From NCBI RefSeq assembly GCF_001194135.2, contig NC_068981.1, positions 167,474,761-167,538,760 of the forward strand: a stretch of DNA of 64,000 nt, in the 5' to 3' direction. A program made the position numbers and the translations under genes. The notes under the pieces were generated by a model. The model did no database searches. It saw nothing but the letters and a program-made list of their open reading frames with translations, and was not told the origin of the DNA. The stretch's first letter is position 1; each line of letters starts with the position of its first letter. Positions 38,412 to 52,329 of this stretch are shown here, piece by piece. The stretch is from Octopus bimaculoides (lineage: Eukaryota).

Positions 38412-38451
38412 CTGATGAATGTATTAATGCATGAAATAGGCTGCAGTCTTC
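38412..38451 (+). ncRNA. Hammerhead-like motif
   Basis: CTGATGA, stem II atgta-ttaa-tgcat, GAAA, near-palindromic taggctgcagtct; stem I not evident. Confidence 0.35.
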
Positions 38452-38511
38452 ATATATACCGCGTCAACCAACAACTGATGCTATAAACATATACGCGCAT
38501 ATATCAATGTA

Positions 38512-38552
<41 letters not shown>

Positions 38553-39775
38553 NNNNNNNNNNNNNNNNNNNNNNNNNNNNNNNNNNNNNNNNNNNNNNNN
38601 NNNNNNNNNNNNNNNNNNNNNNNNNNNNNNNNNNNNNNNNNNNNNNNNNNNNNNNNNNNNNNNNNNNNNNNNNNNNNNNNNNNNNNNNNNNNNNNNNNNN
38701 NNNNNNNNNNNNNNNNNNNNNNNNNNNNNNNNNNNNNNNNNNNNNNNNNNNNNNNNNNNNNNNNNNNNNNNNNNNNNNNNNNNNNNNNNNNNNNNNNNNN
38801 NNNNNNNNNNNNNNNNNNNNNNNNNNNNNNNNNNNNNNNNNNNNNNNNNNNNNNNNNNNNNNNNNNNNNNNNNNNNNNNNNNNNNNNNNNNNNNNNNNNN
38901 NNNNNNNNNNNNNNNNNNNNNNNNNNNNNNNNNNNNNNNNNNNNNNNNNNNNNNNNNNNNNNNNNNNNNNNNNNNNNNNNNNNNNNNNNNNNNNNNNNNN
39001 NNNNNNNNNNNNNNNNNNNNNNNNNNNNNNNNNNNNNNNNNNNNNNNNNNNNNNNNNNNNNNNNNNNNNNNNNNNNNNNNNNNNNNNNNNNNNNNNNNNN
39101 NNNNNNNNNNNNNNNNNNNNNNNNNNNNNNNNNNNNNNNNNNNNNNNNNNNNNNNNNNNNNNNNNNNNNNNNNNNNNNNNNNNNNNNNNNNNNNNNNNNN
39201 NNNNNNNNNNNNNNNNNNNNNNNNNNNNNNNNNNNNNNNNNNNNNNNNNNNNNNNNNNNNNNNNNNNNNNNNNNNNNNNNNNNNNNNNNNNNNNNNNNNN
39301 NNNNNNNNNNNNNNNNNNNNNNNNNNNNNNNNNNNNNNNNNNNNNNNNNNNNNNNNNNNNNNNNNNNNNNNNNNNNNNNNNNNNNNNNNNNNNNNNNNNN
39401 NNNNNNNNNNNNNNNNNNNNNNNNNNNNNNNNNNNNNNNNNNNNNNNNNNNNNNNNNNNNNNNNNNNNNNNNNNNNNNNNNNNNNNNNNNNNNNNNNNNN
39501 NNNNNNNNNNNNNNNNNNNNNNNNNNNNNNNNNNNNNNNNNNNNTATATATATATATATATAAAAATATATATATATCTCGATATCACTAACATTTTGGC
39601 AGACACTATTCCATCCTTGACATTAAAATGTTTCAGTGTGTGAAGTAAATGAATCCTGTGTGTAATTGAAAAATGTTCGATCGATAAAATGCTGAACGAA
39701 AGATTTGTATTTATTTATTTATTTATTCATTTATTTATTTTCTTATTTTTCAAACACTCTCCTTCTTTGACAGCT

Positions 39776-39813
<38 letters not shown>

Positions 39814-40146
39814 ACACACAGACACACACACACAGATACACACACGCACACTCACACACTCATATGTGTATGTATGTTTATATATATGTGTGGCTGTGTG
39901 TATTCATCCATGTATATACACACACGCAGTGACATATATATTTATATGTATACATATGCTTATATATATATATATATCGTATATATATATACTTATATAT
40001 ATATCGTTTGTTTGCATATATGTATGCATGGGTATATATATNNNNNNNNNNNNNNNNNNNNNNNNNNNNNNNNNNNNNNNNNNNNNNNNNNNNNNNNNNN
40101 NNNNNNNNNNNNNNNNNNNNNNNNNNNNNNNNNNNNNNNNNNNNNN

Positions 40147-40177
<31 letters not shown>

Positions 40178-40695
40178 TTTATATATATACGCATATATAT
40201 ACATATGCATGTATGTGAAAGCAGATCCGCTAGACACTTGCAATATTTAGAATTTTATTTCAGATAAACAACACCAGTAACAGCAGCAGCAGCAGCAATA
40301 ACAACAACAACAATAACATCATCGGCAATAACAAACAGCAGGGATAACCACACACACGTACACTCCAAAAAGACAAACAAAAAACAAAAGGTACAAAACA
40401 AATACTAACAACAAAAGAGAAGCAGCAACAATTAGAGCAACAACAACGACAGCAAGTACGATAATTCAATAACAAAATCAACTGCTGCAGCATTAATTTA
40501 CGATATGGAAATAGATACATCAGACGGTGTCTAAGTTTTAGTTAGGTTAGGTTTGTATTTGTATGGATGCGCGCGTGTGTTTGCGTGCGTGGGTGCATGT
40601 GTGTATATGTGTTCCTCTGTGTATGTGTTCCTCTGTGTGTGTGTTTATGCTTATATTTGCATATATGTATAGGAATATGCATGTATGTGCATATC

Positions 40696-40854
40696 GGCGC
40701 AGGAGCGGCTCTGTGGTAAGAGGCTTGTTTCCCAACCACATGGTTTCGGGTTCAGTTCCTGTGCGTGGCACCTTGGGTGTCTCCTACTATTGCCTCGGAC
40801 CGACCAAACCCCTGGGAGTGGATTTGGTAGACGCAAACTGAAAGAAGCCCGTCG

Positions 40855-40907
<53 letters not shown>

Positions 40908-41089
40908 ATCGCTTGACAACCAATGCTGGTGTATTTAGTCCCCGTAGTTTAGCGGTTCGGCAAAACGGACCGATAGAATTAGTACTAGGCTTACAATGAA
41001 TAAGTCCTGGGGTCGATTCGTTCGACTAAAGGCAGTGTTCCATCAAGGCCGCAGTCAAATGACTGAAACAAATAAAAGAGTAAAAGAAT
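40696..41089 (+). mobile_element. SINE family B, full length, internal (TCTA)n
   Basis: tRNA-like head ggcgcaggagcggctctgtggtaag...gggttcagttcc, body, microsatellite 40857-40905, tail ...gactgaaacaaataaaagag. Confidence 0.9.
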
Positions 41090-41110
41090 GGTTGTATACA
41101 TACATACATA

Positions 41111-41154
<44 letters not shown>

Positions 41155-41941
41155 TGTGTATATATGTATATTCATACAAGTATATATAAATATACATATA
41201 TGTATATTCATACAAGTATATATGAATATACATATATGTATCTATATGTACGTATATATTATTATAAAATCTGGTAATTAGTCATATATTAATTAATATC
41301 GATTAATTATCAGGAGGCCAGCACATGTAAAGAATCAAAGAGATTCAGAAATATTATCTTCAATCTCAGGGGATTAAGGTACATTTTAAAAAAATAACNN
41401 NNNNNNNNNNNNNNNNNNNNNNNNNNNNNNNNNNNNNNNNNNNNNNNNNNNNNNNNNNNNNNNNNNNNNNNNNNNNNNNNNNNNNNNNNNNNNNNNNNNN
41501 NNNNNNNNNNNNNNNNNNNNNNNNNNNNNNNNNNNNNNNNNNNNNNNNNNNNNNNNNNNNNNNNNNNNNNNNNNNNNNNNNNNNNNNNNNNNNNNNNNNN
41601 NNNNNNNNNNNNNNNNNNNNNNNNNNNNNNNNNNNNNNNNNNNNNNNNNNNNNNNNNNNNNNNNNNNNNNNNNNNNNNNNNNNNNNNNNNNNNNNNNNNN
41701 NNNNNNNNNNNNNNNNNNNNNNNNNNNNNNNNNNNNNNNNNNNNNNNNNNNNNNNNNNNNNNNNNNNNNNNNNNNNNNNNNNNNNNNNNNNNNNNNNNNN
41801 NNNNNNNNNNNNNNNNNNNNNNNNNNNNNNNNNNNNNNNNNNNNNNNNNNNNNNNNNNNNNNNNNNNNNNNNNNNNNNNNNNNNNNNNNNNNNNNNNNNN
41901 NNNNNNNNNNNNNNNNNNNNNNNNNNNNNNNNNNNNNNNNN

Positions 41942-42005
<64 letters not shown>

Positions 42006-42680
42006 TGTATAAATGAATGTATGCCTGGATGTTTTTGTATTTTTATGTACGTGTTAGAAATGTAGTTGTATTCGCATGCACGTATATTTTTTGTCTTTGA
42101 ATCCATGCTTCAGGACTGATAAACAACACTGGATCGATTCCAGTTACATTTACTTCTTTCAGCACCCCTCCCCCTACAGAATATTCAACTGCCTTGTTTT
42201 ATTTTTAATATAAAATTCTAAGGAAGCGTTCTGCGAAGCGCCCATTGCTCTTGCAGGCTTACTCGGATAACCGAAGTCGATATGGTTAATTCCTGCATCT
42301 CGATCACTGGATATTGTTATTTTATATGACAATGGGTGCAAGATGTGGATGCAGTTCAAGAAAGAGCAAATTTCGGGTGAAGATAGACTGAGCGATACAT
42401 TTATTACAAGTAGAATTGTAGTGAGACACAATAATGTGAAGAAAAGACTGGTCAATGGGGGTAATGTGAGCATTAATAGGACATAATTTACTAATTCAGG
42501 AGAAGCAGGACTCAAGGTCTCGCATAACTGTGAAAAGAGAAGCAGGTGGAGAATAAAGCGTATCAACAGTGTTCTCTAGTAGCGTAGTATTGTGAGATAT
42601 TGCTTATTAGGATCAGTGCCACACTACTGAAAGACAAATGTTTGCAAATTTGTACGAAGTGGTTTCTTTAGTTGATAACA

Positions 42681-43001
42681 GAGGCGCAATGTGAGTGTTT
42701 ATTGAGCGAAAACACCTAAAGCTCCACGAGACTCCGGCAGGGGATGGTGGCGAACCCTACTGTACTCTTTCACCACAACTTTCTCTCACTCTTACTTCCT
42801 GTTTCAGTTGTGCCTGTAATTCAAAGGGTCAGCCTTGTCACACTGTGTCACACTGAATATCCCCGAGAACTACGTCAAGGGTACACGTGTCTGTGGAGTG
42901 CTCAGCCACTTGTACGTTCATTTCACGAGCAGGCTGTTCCGTTGATCGGATCAACTGGAACCCTCGACGTCGTAAGCGACGGAGTGCCAACAACAACAAC
43001 A
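42681..43001 (+). mobile_element. SINE family C with apparent deletion of the tRNA head
   Basis: gaggcgcaat joined directly to gtgagtgtttattgagcg; body matches 28193-28474. Confidence 0.85.
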
Positions 43002-43789
43002 ATAAGATGTCACAGAGATGCCTGAAGCCCGAGAAATACAAGTTGCCAAAGTCTGGTAGAAGGTTAATACACCACTTACAAAAAAAAAAAAAAAATGGAA
43101 ACAACTTGCTTCACTCGATCGGGAGATGGTCTGCCACTACAAACATGCAAGTACATTTTAATCAACCTAGTTAGCCAGGAATGCATTATGTATGCAAATC
43201 GGCTTGTCCGACTTACTTATGTTCTTGGTCATTTTAGTTTTATGAACAGTTTCCATGGAAAGTTAAAGGTACTTCGTGGTTGATGAGATCCCAATACAGA
43301 GTTGAAACTCATCTAGCTGATCACTATTTTTCTGCCCACAAAGACACTGTACGTACAGACAATGTGTATGCCTCTCTCTATGCATACAGTGTTGGATAAA
43401 ATTTATATACTCTGTAACACAGTACAGTATTAAACAGACTATCTTTCTATATGACATTTAACGAGTCTCCTGTTATTTTTCAAATGTTGCTTACAAATTT
43501 ATTCTGTCGAATACACACATACACGCATCTACACGTATATACGTACATGCACATCCTCCCTCTCACACACGCGTATATATATATATATATATATATATTG
43601 AAAATCATTCATTTATCGCCATTGATCAAAATTTCGTGCCACCTGGTTCTTTTCTGACGGCTGAAAACATATCCGTGACCTTTATGCGCCTTATACTTTT
43701 GGTCTGTTTATATTTAATAGATCAGTCTTAGTTCATGTCTGTTTTATGGTTCTCTAGGTAGATTTTATTATCGGAATTTATCACAGATT

Positions 43790-44900
43790 ATTTTAGTGTA
43801 TCAAAGAGATAGATTAAGATATGCTATTTCCTCGTTTATGTAAGGGTTGCTATATCCGTATGCTGACCATTCAATAATGAAACGATTCACATATAAGTCT
43901 TTCACTCGCCATAGATATTTTTGGCAAAGTTCTGGGAATTATTTTCCGTCATACTACATAATGAACATGTGTTTGAAGAACGGTGTTCAAAGCTGCCTTC
44001 ACACCTTCCGATGTAACTTTTCGCCATTTTTACATTGTCTACTCGAGATGTTATTTTATTTATATACTCAGCTGCTTTGTTTAATCATCTTCTGAAAATG
44101 TAAAGTTTTCTTTGCTTTTGCAACTGAAGTTTTGTTTGTTTCCATTGTATTGCGTAGCTCATCGGAGTTTGCTCGTCATGATATAACTGACTTATTTTGT
44201 GTAGCTGTAATTTGATCTTCTTACTAAATAGCTTACGGTACTTTTGGTTGGCAAGTTCTTTATCCCCGATAAGAAGTTCTGAGCTACATTAAGCTTTACA
44301 TTTTTATTGAAAGGTAGATTGAATTAAAGTATGTACGCATTTTTCGATTCTCCGAGCTGTCGCTCGTTACAAGGTAAGAAGTTTAACTTATTTTAAAATC
44401 AGTTTCATACAAACGTATTAGTGCAACTGTTGGAAGCTTCTTAAACGTTTCCTATCTGAGGATGTGTTTGATATGCTACGCCTTTTAGTAAAAATAATTT
44501 TTAAACTATAATGTGATAGGGGGTATTAGAAACAACATTTTTATGTTTTTGTTACTCATTCGTCTTCTTTATCGTTGGTGTTTATCGGTGACTATGTGTA
44601 CTGTATGATAAGAAATTAACTCTGATAAAGTTGGTCGTAACTACAATTTTTAGGACAAACTATTTAGTAGGCATTATTAAATTTTTCATATATCTGTCTA
44701 GGACAACAACATTTTGGATTGTGTAAATCGGTAAGATCAACATCTCGGAATAGTTATGTATCTAGATCTTTGAATTCATTTCGTTGCGTATCTAAGATAC
44801 AAGCCTGCCAGCTCATATAATCTTTATCTGTCATAGTTCTTCATGCTGATATTAAATAAGAAACATCGACAATTTCCCAAGTGGTGAGCTGTCGAAAATA
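43790..44900 (-). mobile_element. Degraded Penelope-like retroelement (RT plus GIY-YIG endonuclease)
   Basis: FNISMKNYD..YELAGLYL (44794-44814), LFRD, IL*FNLPFNKNVKLNVAQNFL (44294-44323), KSYIGRCEGSF (YIG 44007-44015), KYLWRVKD..IEWS (43897-43920). Confidence 0.8.
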
Positions 44901-45119
44901 AAACATAGCAAAGATGTTAGTTCTCTCAACTCGACATTTTGATATTCTATCCACGAATTACTAAAATTGTGCTCACTAATGCATGGGAGTTCGAAAGAAA
45001 AAATTACAGCAGCATCACTCACAACGCTATCAGCATTACACTGCGTCTTAGAAAGCCCCTACTCTTCAATAATAGCCCCAGACTGGTGAAAAACCATAAG
45101 GGTTATAAATATGAGCAGG

Positions 45120-45247
<128 letters not shown>

Positions 45248-45714
45248 GTATGCGCATTGAATATATATGTACGTATGTATACACATACATAGTACGTATA
45301 TATTCAATGCGTTTCGTGTAATATATAGTCAAAGACAAGACAATTTCATAAGGAAGTGAGAACATTTTTGAAATATGACTTTTGTAAGATGGATAAGAAC
45401 CGTTTCATTTGATCATGGCTGTGTTGGTCACTTCAGTAATGGCCCAAGGGTTGCTGGACATAATAATATTAATGAAATTAAATTTAAAAAACTGTTTAAA
45501 GTTGATTTATGAAATGACTCTCATCACTTGCGATGTCGAGGCTTTTTTGTTTGTCCAGATTCAAGATCTTATATTTAAGGGAAGAAATGAAAAATGTGAT
45601 GCTCATATCTTTCTCAAATGTATAAGCAGTATATGAGAAAGAAAATGATATATGATGTGGCTCATCATTTGAAAAATAGTTTTCGTCCTAATTATGTAGC
45701 AGATTAACAGGATC

Positions 45715-46115
45715 AGTACAGTACCAGATAAAATGTTATACGGTAATTGTTCCGGCTCTCTACATTGTTTGTTCAAACCCTGCCAATGTTATCTCAGCCT
45801 TTTATCCGTCCGAGGTCTATTAAATAAAGTACCAATGAAGTACTAAAGTTGATGTAATCGACTAATTCCCTTCTTTCAATATTGCTGGCTTTGAAAGATG
45901 ACGAGCTAGCAGAATCGTTAGCGCGCCGAGAAAAATGCTAAGCGGCACTTCACCTGTCTTTACTTTCAGAGTTCAAAATCCGTCGAGGTCGACTTTCCCT
46001 AAGTACCAGTTGAGCACCGAAATAGATGTAATCGACTTAAATCCTCCACCAAAATTGCTGGTCTTGTGCCAAGATTTGAAACCAATATTGCTGGCTTTGT
46101 GCCGAAATTAGGAAT
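45715..46115 (+). mobile_element. SINE A (45894-46082) nested in the tail of an older SINE A
   Basis: 17-bp TSD caatattgctggctttg at 45877-45893 and 46083-46099. Confidence 0.85.
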
Positions 46116-47174
46116 TATTTTCATTGTATAAAAATTCACTATATACTTAAGAGATGAGAAAAGAACGATTTGACGTTTATGCTTTTGCCAAGCACTGAGG
46201 TAAAATGGCTTCAATCGACTCTTATAGAAACAAATGTTATAATTTGAGGATGCTGGGACTTTACGTCTACCGGATTTGACATATTTTAAATATGTATGAA
46301 ATAAGAAATATATTCAACTGTATTTTAGTTTTTACCTTTCCCAACAGCCTTCTTCCGATGTAAAGCGAAATAATAGTGCACAAAGCAAAGCTAAAATATT
46401 GCACGAACTAATTCTAGGTAAATTAAGAATGTTTCGTGCTAGTCACGAACAGCCGATTCTATAATATATGACTTCTGTTATTTTGAACAGTTATCTTCTT
46501 TTTACATTTAGTTTTATTTTTTTTACACTTCCACTGTGTTTGATATCTTGATTCAATACATTTGTTTGATGGTAAGTTGAAATGAATAGATTTTTTTTAC
46601 GAGGTTCCTAGTAAAACATTTATTTTGCCAACTGTAACATGAAATACATAAAATATTGTCTGTTTAATACATAAAATATTGTCTGTGTACATTTATATTT
46701 ATATGTTCTGAGGTAATTTTCATAACTTTATTTCACTAATTCAATCTTAATGTTTTCTTTACTTTGTCTCGTCGACTGTTCAAATTCTTCTCTTCTTTTT
46801 TATTTTCTATTAATTTCACATTTCCTTAGATACAAAAATTAAAAAAGGAAAAGATGTTAATTAGAAGCTACGTGGTGAAGTATGAAGTCATGTTTCCATT
46901 ATCGCAGCATGAGAAATTAGAAACGCGAGGTTGTTGCACCTTTTTTAGACATCACGCGACAATTATACTAATTATTTCTGCATCAAAATCCAAGTTTCTA
47001 AAATTAAAGCAACTGCATTTGAAGATTAGAAGTTTGTAGTTGGCCGAATTGACAGGTTGACATACTGTTCTCCAAGAAATTCAATATTGGTATCTCGTTA
47101 CCAATGCTGTACTGCGTCTATGGTTGCTCTCAATAACTCAGCCATCTTTGATAGATTTTTAATTTCATTATTTA

Positions 47175-47825
47175 GTCCGGAAAGAAAGGCGAAGCGTTGG
47201 TTGAATTGTTACGGCGGCAGAGAAAATAACGGCATTTCACCTGTTTTTGCGTTTTGGGTTCAATTCCATTGAGATCGACTTTACCTTTTATCTTCTGGGG
47301 CTGATACAATAAGTACCAGTTGATCTCTGGTGTCGATGTAATCGACTCGCCCCTTCTCCCAAAATTTCAGGCCCTGTATTTCTAGTAAAACGAATTATTT
47401 AGTTCCGAAAGAGATCTATAGATTCGAAAAATTTTTAGGACATGGAGAATTGTTTCAAAATTCTTTGCGGTATTTAGTTGCAGCTCTCTACATTCTGAGT
47501 TCAAATCTCGGCAAAGTCAACTTCGCCTTTCACGGTTAAGAAAATAAAGTATCAATCAAATACTGGAGTTTATATTGTCTATTGTTAACCCCTCAATATT
47601 TCTGGTCTTATGCCCTTATACAAATTTAATTATTCCGTTTAGAAAGAAGCGGTGGATTAGCAGAATCGTTAAAACACCGGTCAAAATATCACGTGGCATT
47701 TTTACCGGCTCTTTACGTTTTAAGTTTAATTCCCGCGGAAGCTTTGCTTTTATCCTTTTGGGGTCCATAAAATAAACACCCTCAGGTACTGGAGTCAATT
47801 TAATCGACTAAACTCTCCTCCAAAT
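47175..47825 (+). mobile_element. Three head-to-tail SINE family A copies
   Basis: Core tcgactt.. / aagtacc..tt / gatgtaatcgact recurring at ~47280, ~47520 and ~47750. Confidence 0.7.
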
Positions 47826-48195
47826 CTGTAGTTGATTGTCTATCAAATAAACTATCATTTAGTTCCAAGGAGCAGAGGAATATGTTTCACACCCGCTGCC
47901 AAATCAGTAACAGCCGTGGGGAGATAGTTTTATTTCAAGGGAACATGAGCAAAAAGGGAGTTTCGAGGAAGGGTTAAATATAGAGATTAGTTTGGATTTT
48001 GGAGGAGAGATACAGTTGGAATGACAGAACAAATACAGGACGTAAGTTGGCACACTATTCGTTAATTCAGAAGAGAGGAGAGGTGGAAGTAGACCATTCG
48101 TCAGTTTAAAGAAGCAAAAGCCATTGAAGTCGCAGAAGTGACAAATGGTGGATAAAGTACGTTAAGATACAAGCGGTTATAGCTGCACATGGGTG

Positions 48196-48310
<115 letters not shown>

Positions 48311-48577
48311 CTATAGAGTAGGGTAGATTGTTGCCCCTGTTTTTTTTAAGGTTGAAAAGATTATTTCAAAACTCATTTTGTGTATTACTTGAAGAGGTCT
48401 CCACTTTCTTCGCTCTTGTTGAGCTACACAAAAGTTATGTCATCTAGTCGTGCTCTATATTGAAGCCTTTTCAAAAGTATAGAAGTACATACGTACTTCT
48501 GTTATATATACTTTTAACAACCATATATTATATTATAATATATTACACACACACGCACGCACGTAAACACATACACA

Positions 48578-48634
<57 letters not shown>

Positions 48635-49182
48635 GTATATATATATGCATGTATGTATATATACATGTACATATATAAATATATTTATATATATATGTCT
48701 GTGTGTGTTTTTGTGTGTATATGTGTGTGTGTGTATGTGTGTTTGTGTGTATTCGTACAACCGTTGATAGATATTTTATCGATAATAACATTACTGGATG
48801 GTTGAATTCGTCTCGGTTGGCCGTGCGTCTATTAATCATAAATGAATGCATGGGTGGCCAAATCGATTCCATACTGAACGACTAGTTGAAATACCAGCAG
48901 TCCATACACAACTTTATGTCGTTGACCAAGGCATGTATCTCTCCATCACCGACTTTACTTAATTCGAAATAGGGAATACAAAATGATACAGACCACCGCT
49001 AAATGCAAACTCAAGTGATCCTTTCGTGCGCAATGTCAAGTTTAACCAGCCCAAATCAAAGAGTGATGAATGACCATTATATCCAGGGACATTAGATTTC
49101 TTTCTTTCGTCTACTAAACGCTATGAAAATTTCAACGATTCTCTAAATCCAGGTAGGGGTAACTTGTATTTTAACTATTATC

Positions 49183-49641
49183 CTTTACTTGTTTCCATCA
49201 GTGGACTGTGGCCATGCTGGGACACCGCCTTGAAGGGTTTAGTCGAACAAATTGCCCTCGGTACATAAATGTTTTGTAAAGGGTGGTACTTACTCTATCG
49301 CCCTCTTTTGTTGGACCGTTAAACTATGGGCATGTAAACAAACCAGCAGCAGTTGTCAAACGATGGCAGTGTTAGGTGACACAATTACAAAATTACAAAC
49401 ACAAAGACATAAATACTAACACAAACACACACACACGCACACACACACACATACACACACATACACTTACACATATACGACTGGATTCTTCACTGTTCCT
49501 ATCTACCAAATTCACTCACAGGGTATTGGTCTAACCGGATTATAGTAGAAGATACTTGCTCAAAGTGCCACGCAGTGGGACTGAACCCAAAGTCACATGG
49601 AGGCAAAATGAACTTTTTAACCACATAACCATGCCCACGCC
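49183..49641 (-). mobile_element. SINE family B, full length, internal (CA)n
   Basis: Reverse complement of the 40696-41089 architecture. Confidence 0.8.
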
Positions 49642-50305
49642 TATATCTTACATTATTTTTTGGATGGGATGTAAGAGGGCTGAAGAATAATAAATGGAAT
49701 CTGCGCAGTATATTACTGCTATTCATTCATTTGAGCTAGACGAAATGTTATATCTATCAACAACACTTCTACGGAAGTTAGATATACCTTTACCTTTGGC
49801 AATTGAATCATTAGTCTACCGAAGAACGTATATATCGATCTTTCCACACCATTTCGTCATTTGTACCAAGTGTCAATATATTTAAAGTTCGTAACTTTTG
49901 ATAAGTTTGTATGAAGCCGTGAGGGAGACATAAGTATTAATTGATGTTTACTCGTTCGATACATTCGCTGTATTAATATTGACAGAACTATATATATATA
50001 TATATATATNNNNNNNNNNNNNNNNNNNNNNNNNNNNNNNNNNNNNNNNNNNNNNNNNNNNNNNNNNNNNNNNNNNNNNNNNNNNNNNNNNNNNNNNNNN
50101 NNNNNNNNNNNNNNNNNNNNNNNNNNNNNNNNNNNNNNNNNNNNNNNNNNNNNNNNNNNNNNNNNNNNNNNNNNNNNNNNNNNNNNNNNNNNNNNNNNNN
50201 NNNNNNNNNNNNNNNNNNNNNNNNNNNNNNNNNNNNNNNNNNNNNNNNNNNNNNNNNNNNNNNNNNNNNNNNNNNNNNNNNNNNNNNNNNNNNNNNNNNN
50301 NNNNN

Positions 50306-50336
<31 letters not shown>

Positions 50337-50442
50337 ATATGTATGTATATATTAATGTTTGTTTTTATGCCAAGTTATAAAATCAAGTTAACATTCAACT
50401 GGAGGATTACTCAATACCATACCATTTAGCTTAGTAATAAAC

Positions 50443-50552
50443 TTTTACAAGAGTTGTAACAGTGACAGCGATGTTTCGGCTTGATAGCCCTCATCAGAAG
50501 TGTCTGATGAAGTCTAGTACGTTTCGAAGTCACAGTCACCTCTCTTGTAAAA
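50443..50552. mobile_element. Penelope-terminus-like inverted repeat with hammerhead core
   Basis: ttttacaagag/ctcttgtaaaa outer stem; tcatcaga-agtg-tctgatga centre; minus-strand CUGAUGA-G-GGCU-AUCA-AGCC-GAAAC-AUCGCU-GUC at 50497-50464. Confidence 0.6.
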
Positions 50553-50831
50553 ATTTGATATATACTTGCATGCGTGTGTGTGTATGTGTGTTTGTGTTTG
50601 TATGGATATAAATGTATGCCAAATCACCAAAGTTCGTTCAGTATGTTGGCACTTAATTAGATGAGAGCACATCCACGAAACTGTACGCCACCGAGTCACT
50701 GCGGCTACTCGGGTAAGAAAAATAATGTATTAAACGCTCTCGTTTATAAAACTAAATTTATAAGTACGCATACATAGATACACACATACAAATTTACATC
50801 TAACATACACATCAGTCATATCCCTTGCATA

Positions 50832-50874
<43 letters not shown>

Positions 50875-51491
50875 NNNNNNNNNNNNNNNNNNNNNNNNNN
50901 NNNNNNNNNNNNNNNNNNNNNNNNNNNNNNNNNNNNNNNNNNNNNNNNNNNNNNNNNNNNNNNNNNNNNNNNNNNNNNNNNNNNNNNNNNNNNNNNNNNN
51001 NNNNNNNNNNNNNNNNNNNNNNNNNNNNNNNNNNNNNNNNNNNNNNNNNNNNNNNNNNNNNNNNNNNNNNNNNNNNNNNNNNNNNNNNNNNNNNNNNNNN
51101 NNNNNNNNNNNNNNNNNNNNNNNNNNNNNNNNNNNNNNNNNNNNNNNNNNNNNNNNNNNNNNNNNNNNNNNNNNNNNNNNNNNNNNNNNNNNNNNNNNNN
51201 NNNNNNNNNNNNNNNNNNNNNNNNNNNNNNNNNNNNNNNNNNNNNNNNNNNNNNNNNNNNNNNNNNNNNNNNNNNNNNNNNNNNNNNNNNNNNNNNNNNN
51301 NNNNNNNNNNNNNNNNNNNNNNNNNNNNNNNNNNNNNNNNNNNNNNNNNNNNNNNNNNNNNNNNNNNNNNNNNNNNNNNNNNNNNNNNNNNNNNCACACA
51401 CACACACACACACACACACTTCTGGTTTATTTTTTCTGACTGAATTCTATTTTATTTTCTATTCTCCAATCTAATTTGCTGGCTCATATAT

Positions 51492-51525
<34 letters not shown>

Positions 51526-52329
51526 TATTATTATTAACAGTGCTTATTACCGTATGTTTTTCTTAACAGGGGTTGCATTTTAAACGTTTGGGGATGTCAT
51601 TCACTATAATATTAATCTTGCAGTTAACCGTGAAAATTTAATGGCTATTCTGGAGATTATTATATTTGAATTTTTTAGCGAGCCACAAAAACGTAACTTA
51701 TTTCGAAATTGTATTTTGTGAGCTGTACACAATCACAAAAGTTAGAATGAAGCAATACTTTAGGGATAGAATAAGTCTGAAAAACAATTGGCTGCTGACA
51801 AATAATGGTTTGGCCAGATATTTTGAATTTAGGAGATTAGTTGATAATATCGGCTCTAGTGTTTCACTAGTATCTTATTTTATTAAACACCGGATGGATG
51901 AAAGGTGAAGTTGATCTCGATCTCGGCATGATTAAAATACAGAGCGTAGAATGCCGGAAGAAATTCAGCAAAGTTATTTTAATGACGGTGTTATGAATTT
52001 GTAAATCAACCCCTCCCATTGAACGACCAATATTATAAATGATTTAAATGTTTCTAAAATAGAATGCGATTTCATTCCATAGTTTGTCAGTGTCATAAAT
52101 AACACATATGTAATAGTTTCTAATATAGGTACAAGGCTTCATATTTTGGCAGGTGAAATTATATAGTAAATTATATGGAAACAGTACATGACTGACCTTT
52201 TATTTTATTTAACCAGAAAGGACACCACCAGTCTCAATACACACCCTATGTATGTGTTAAATGATCTAAGTAGACGGGCTATATACACTTCTTAAATATG
52301 TTTAAGTTATCTCACTGGAATCATCTTAG

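Noticed and set aside
47880-48180. Possible CR1/L2 3' relic on the minus strand (SSELTNSVP)
   Set aside because: Single short motif; too degraded
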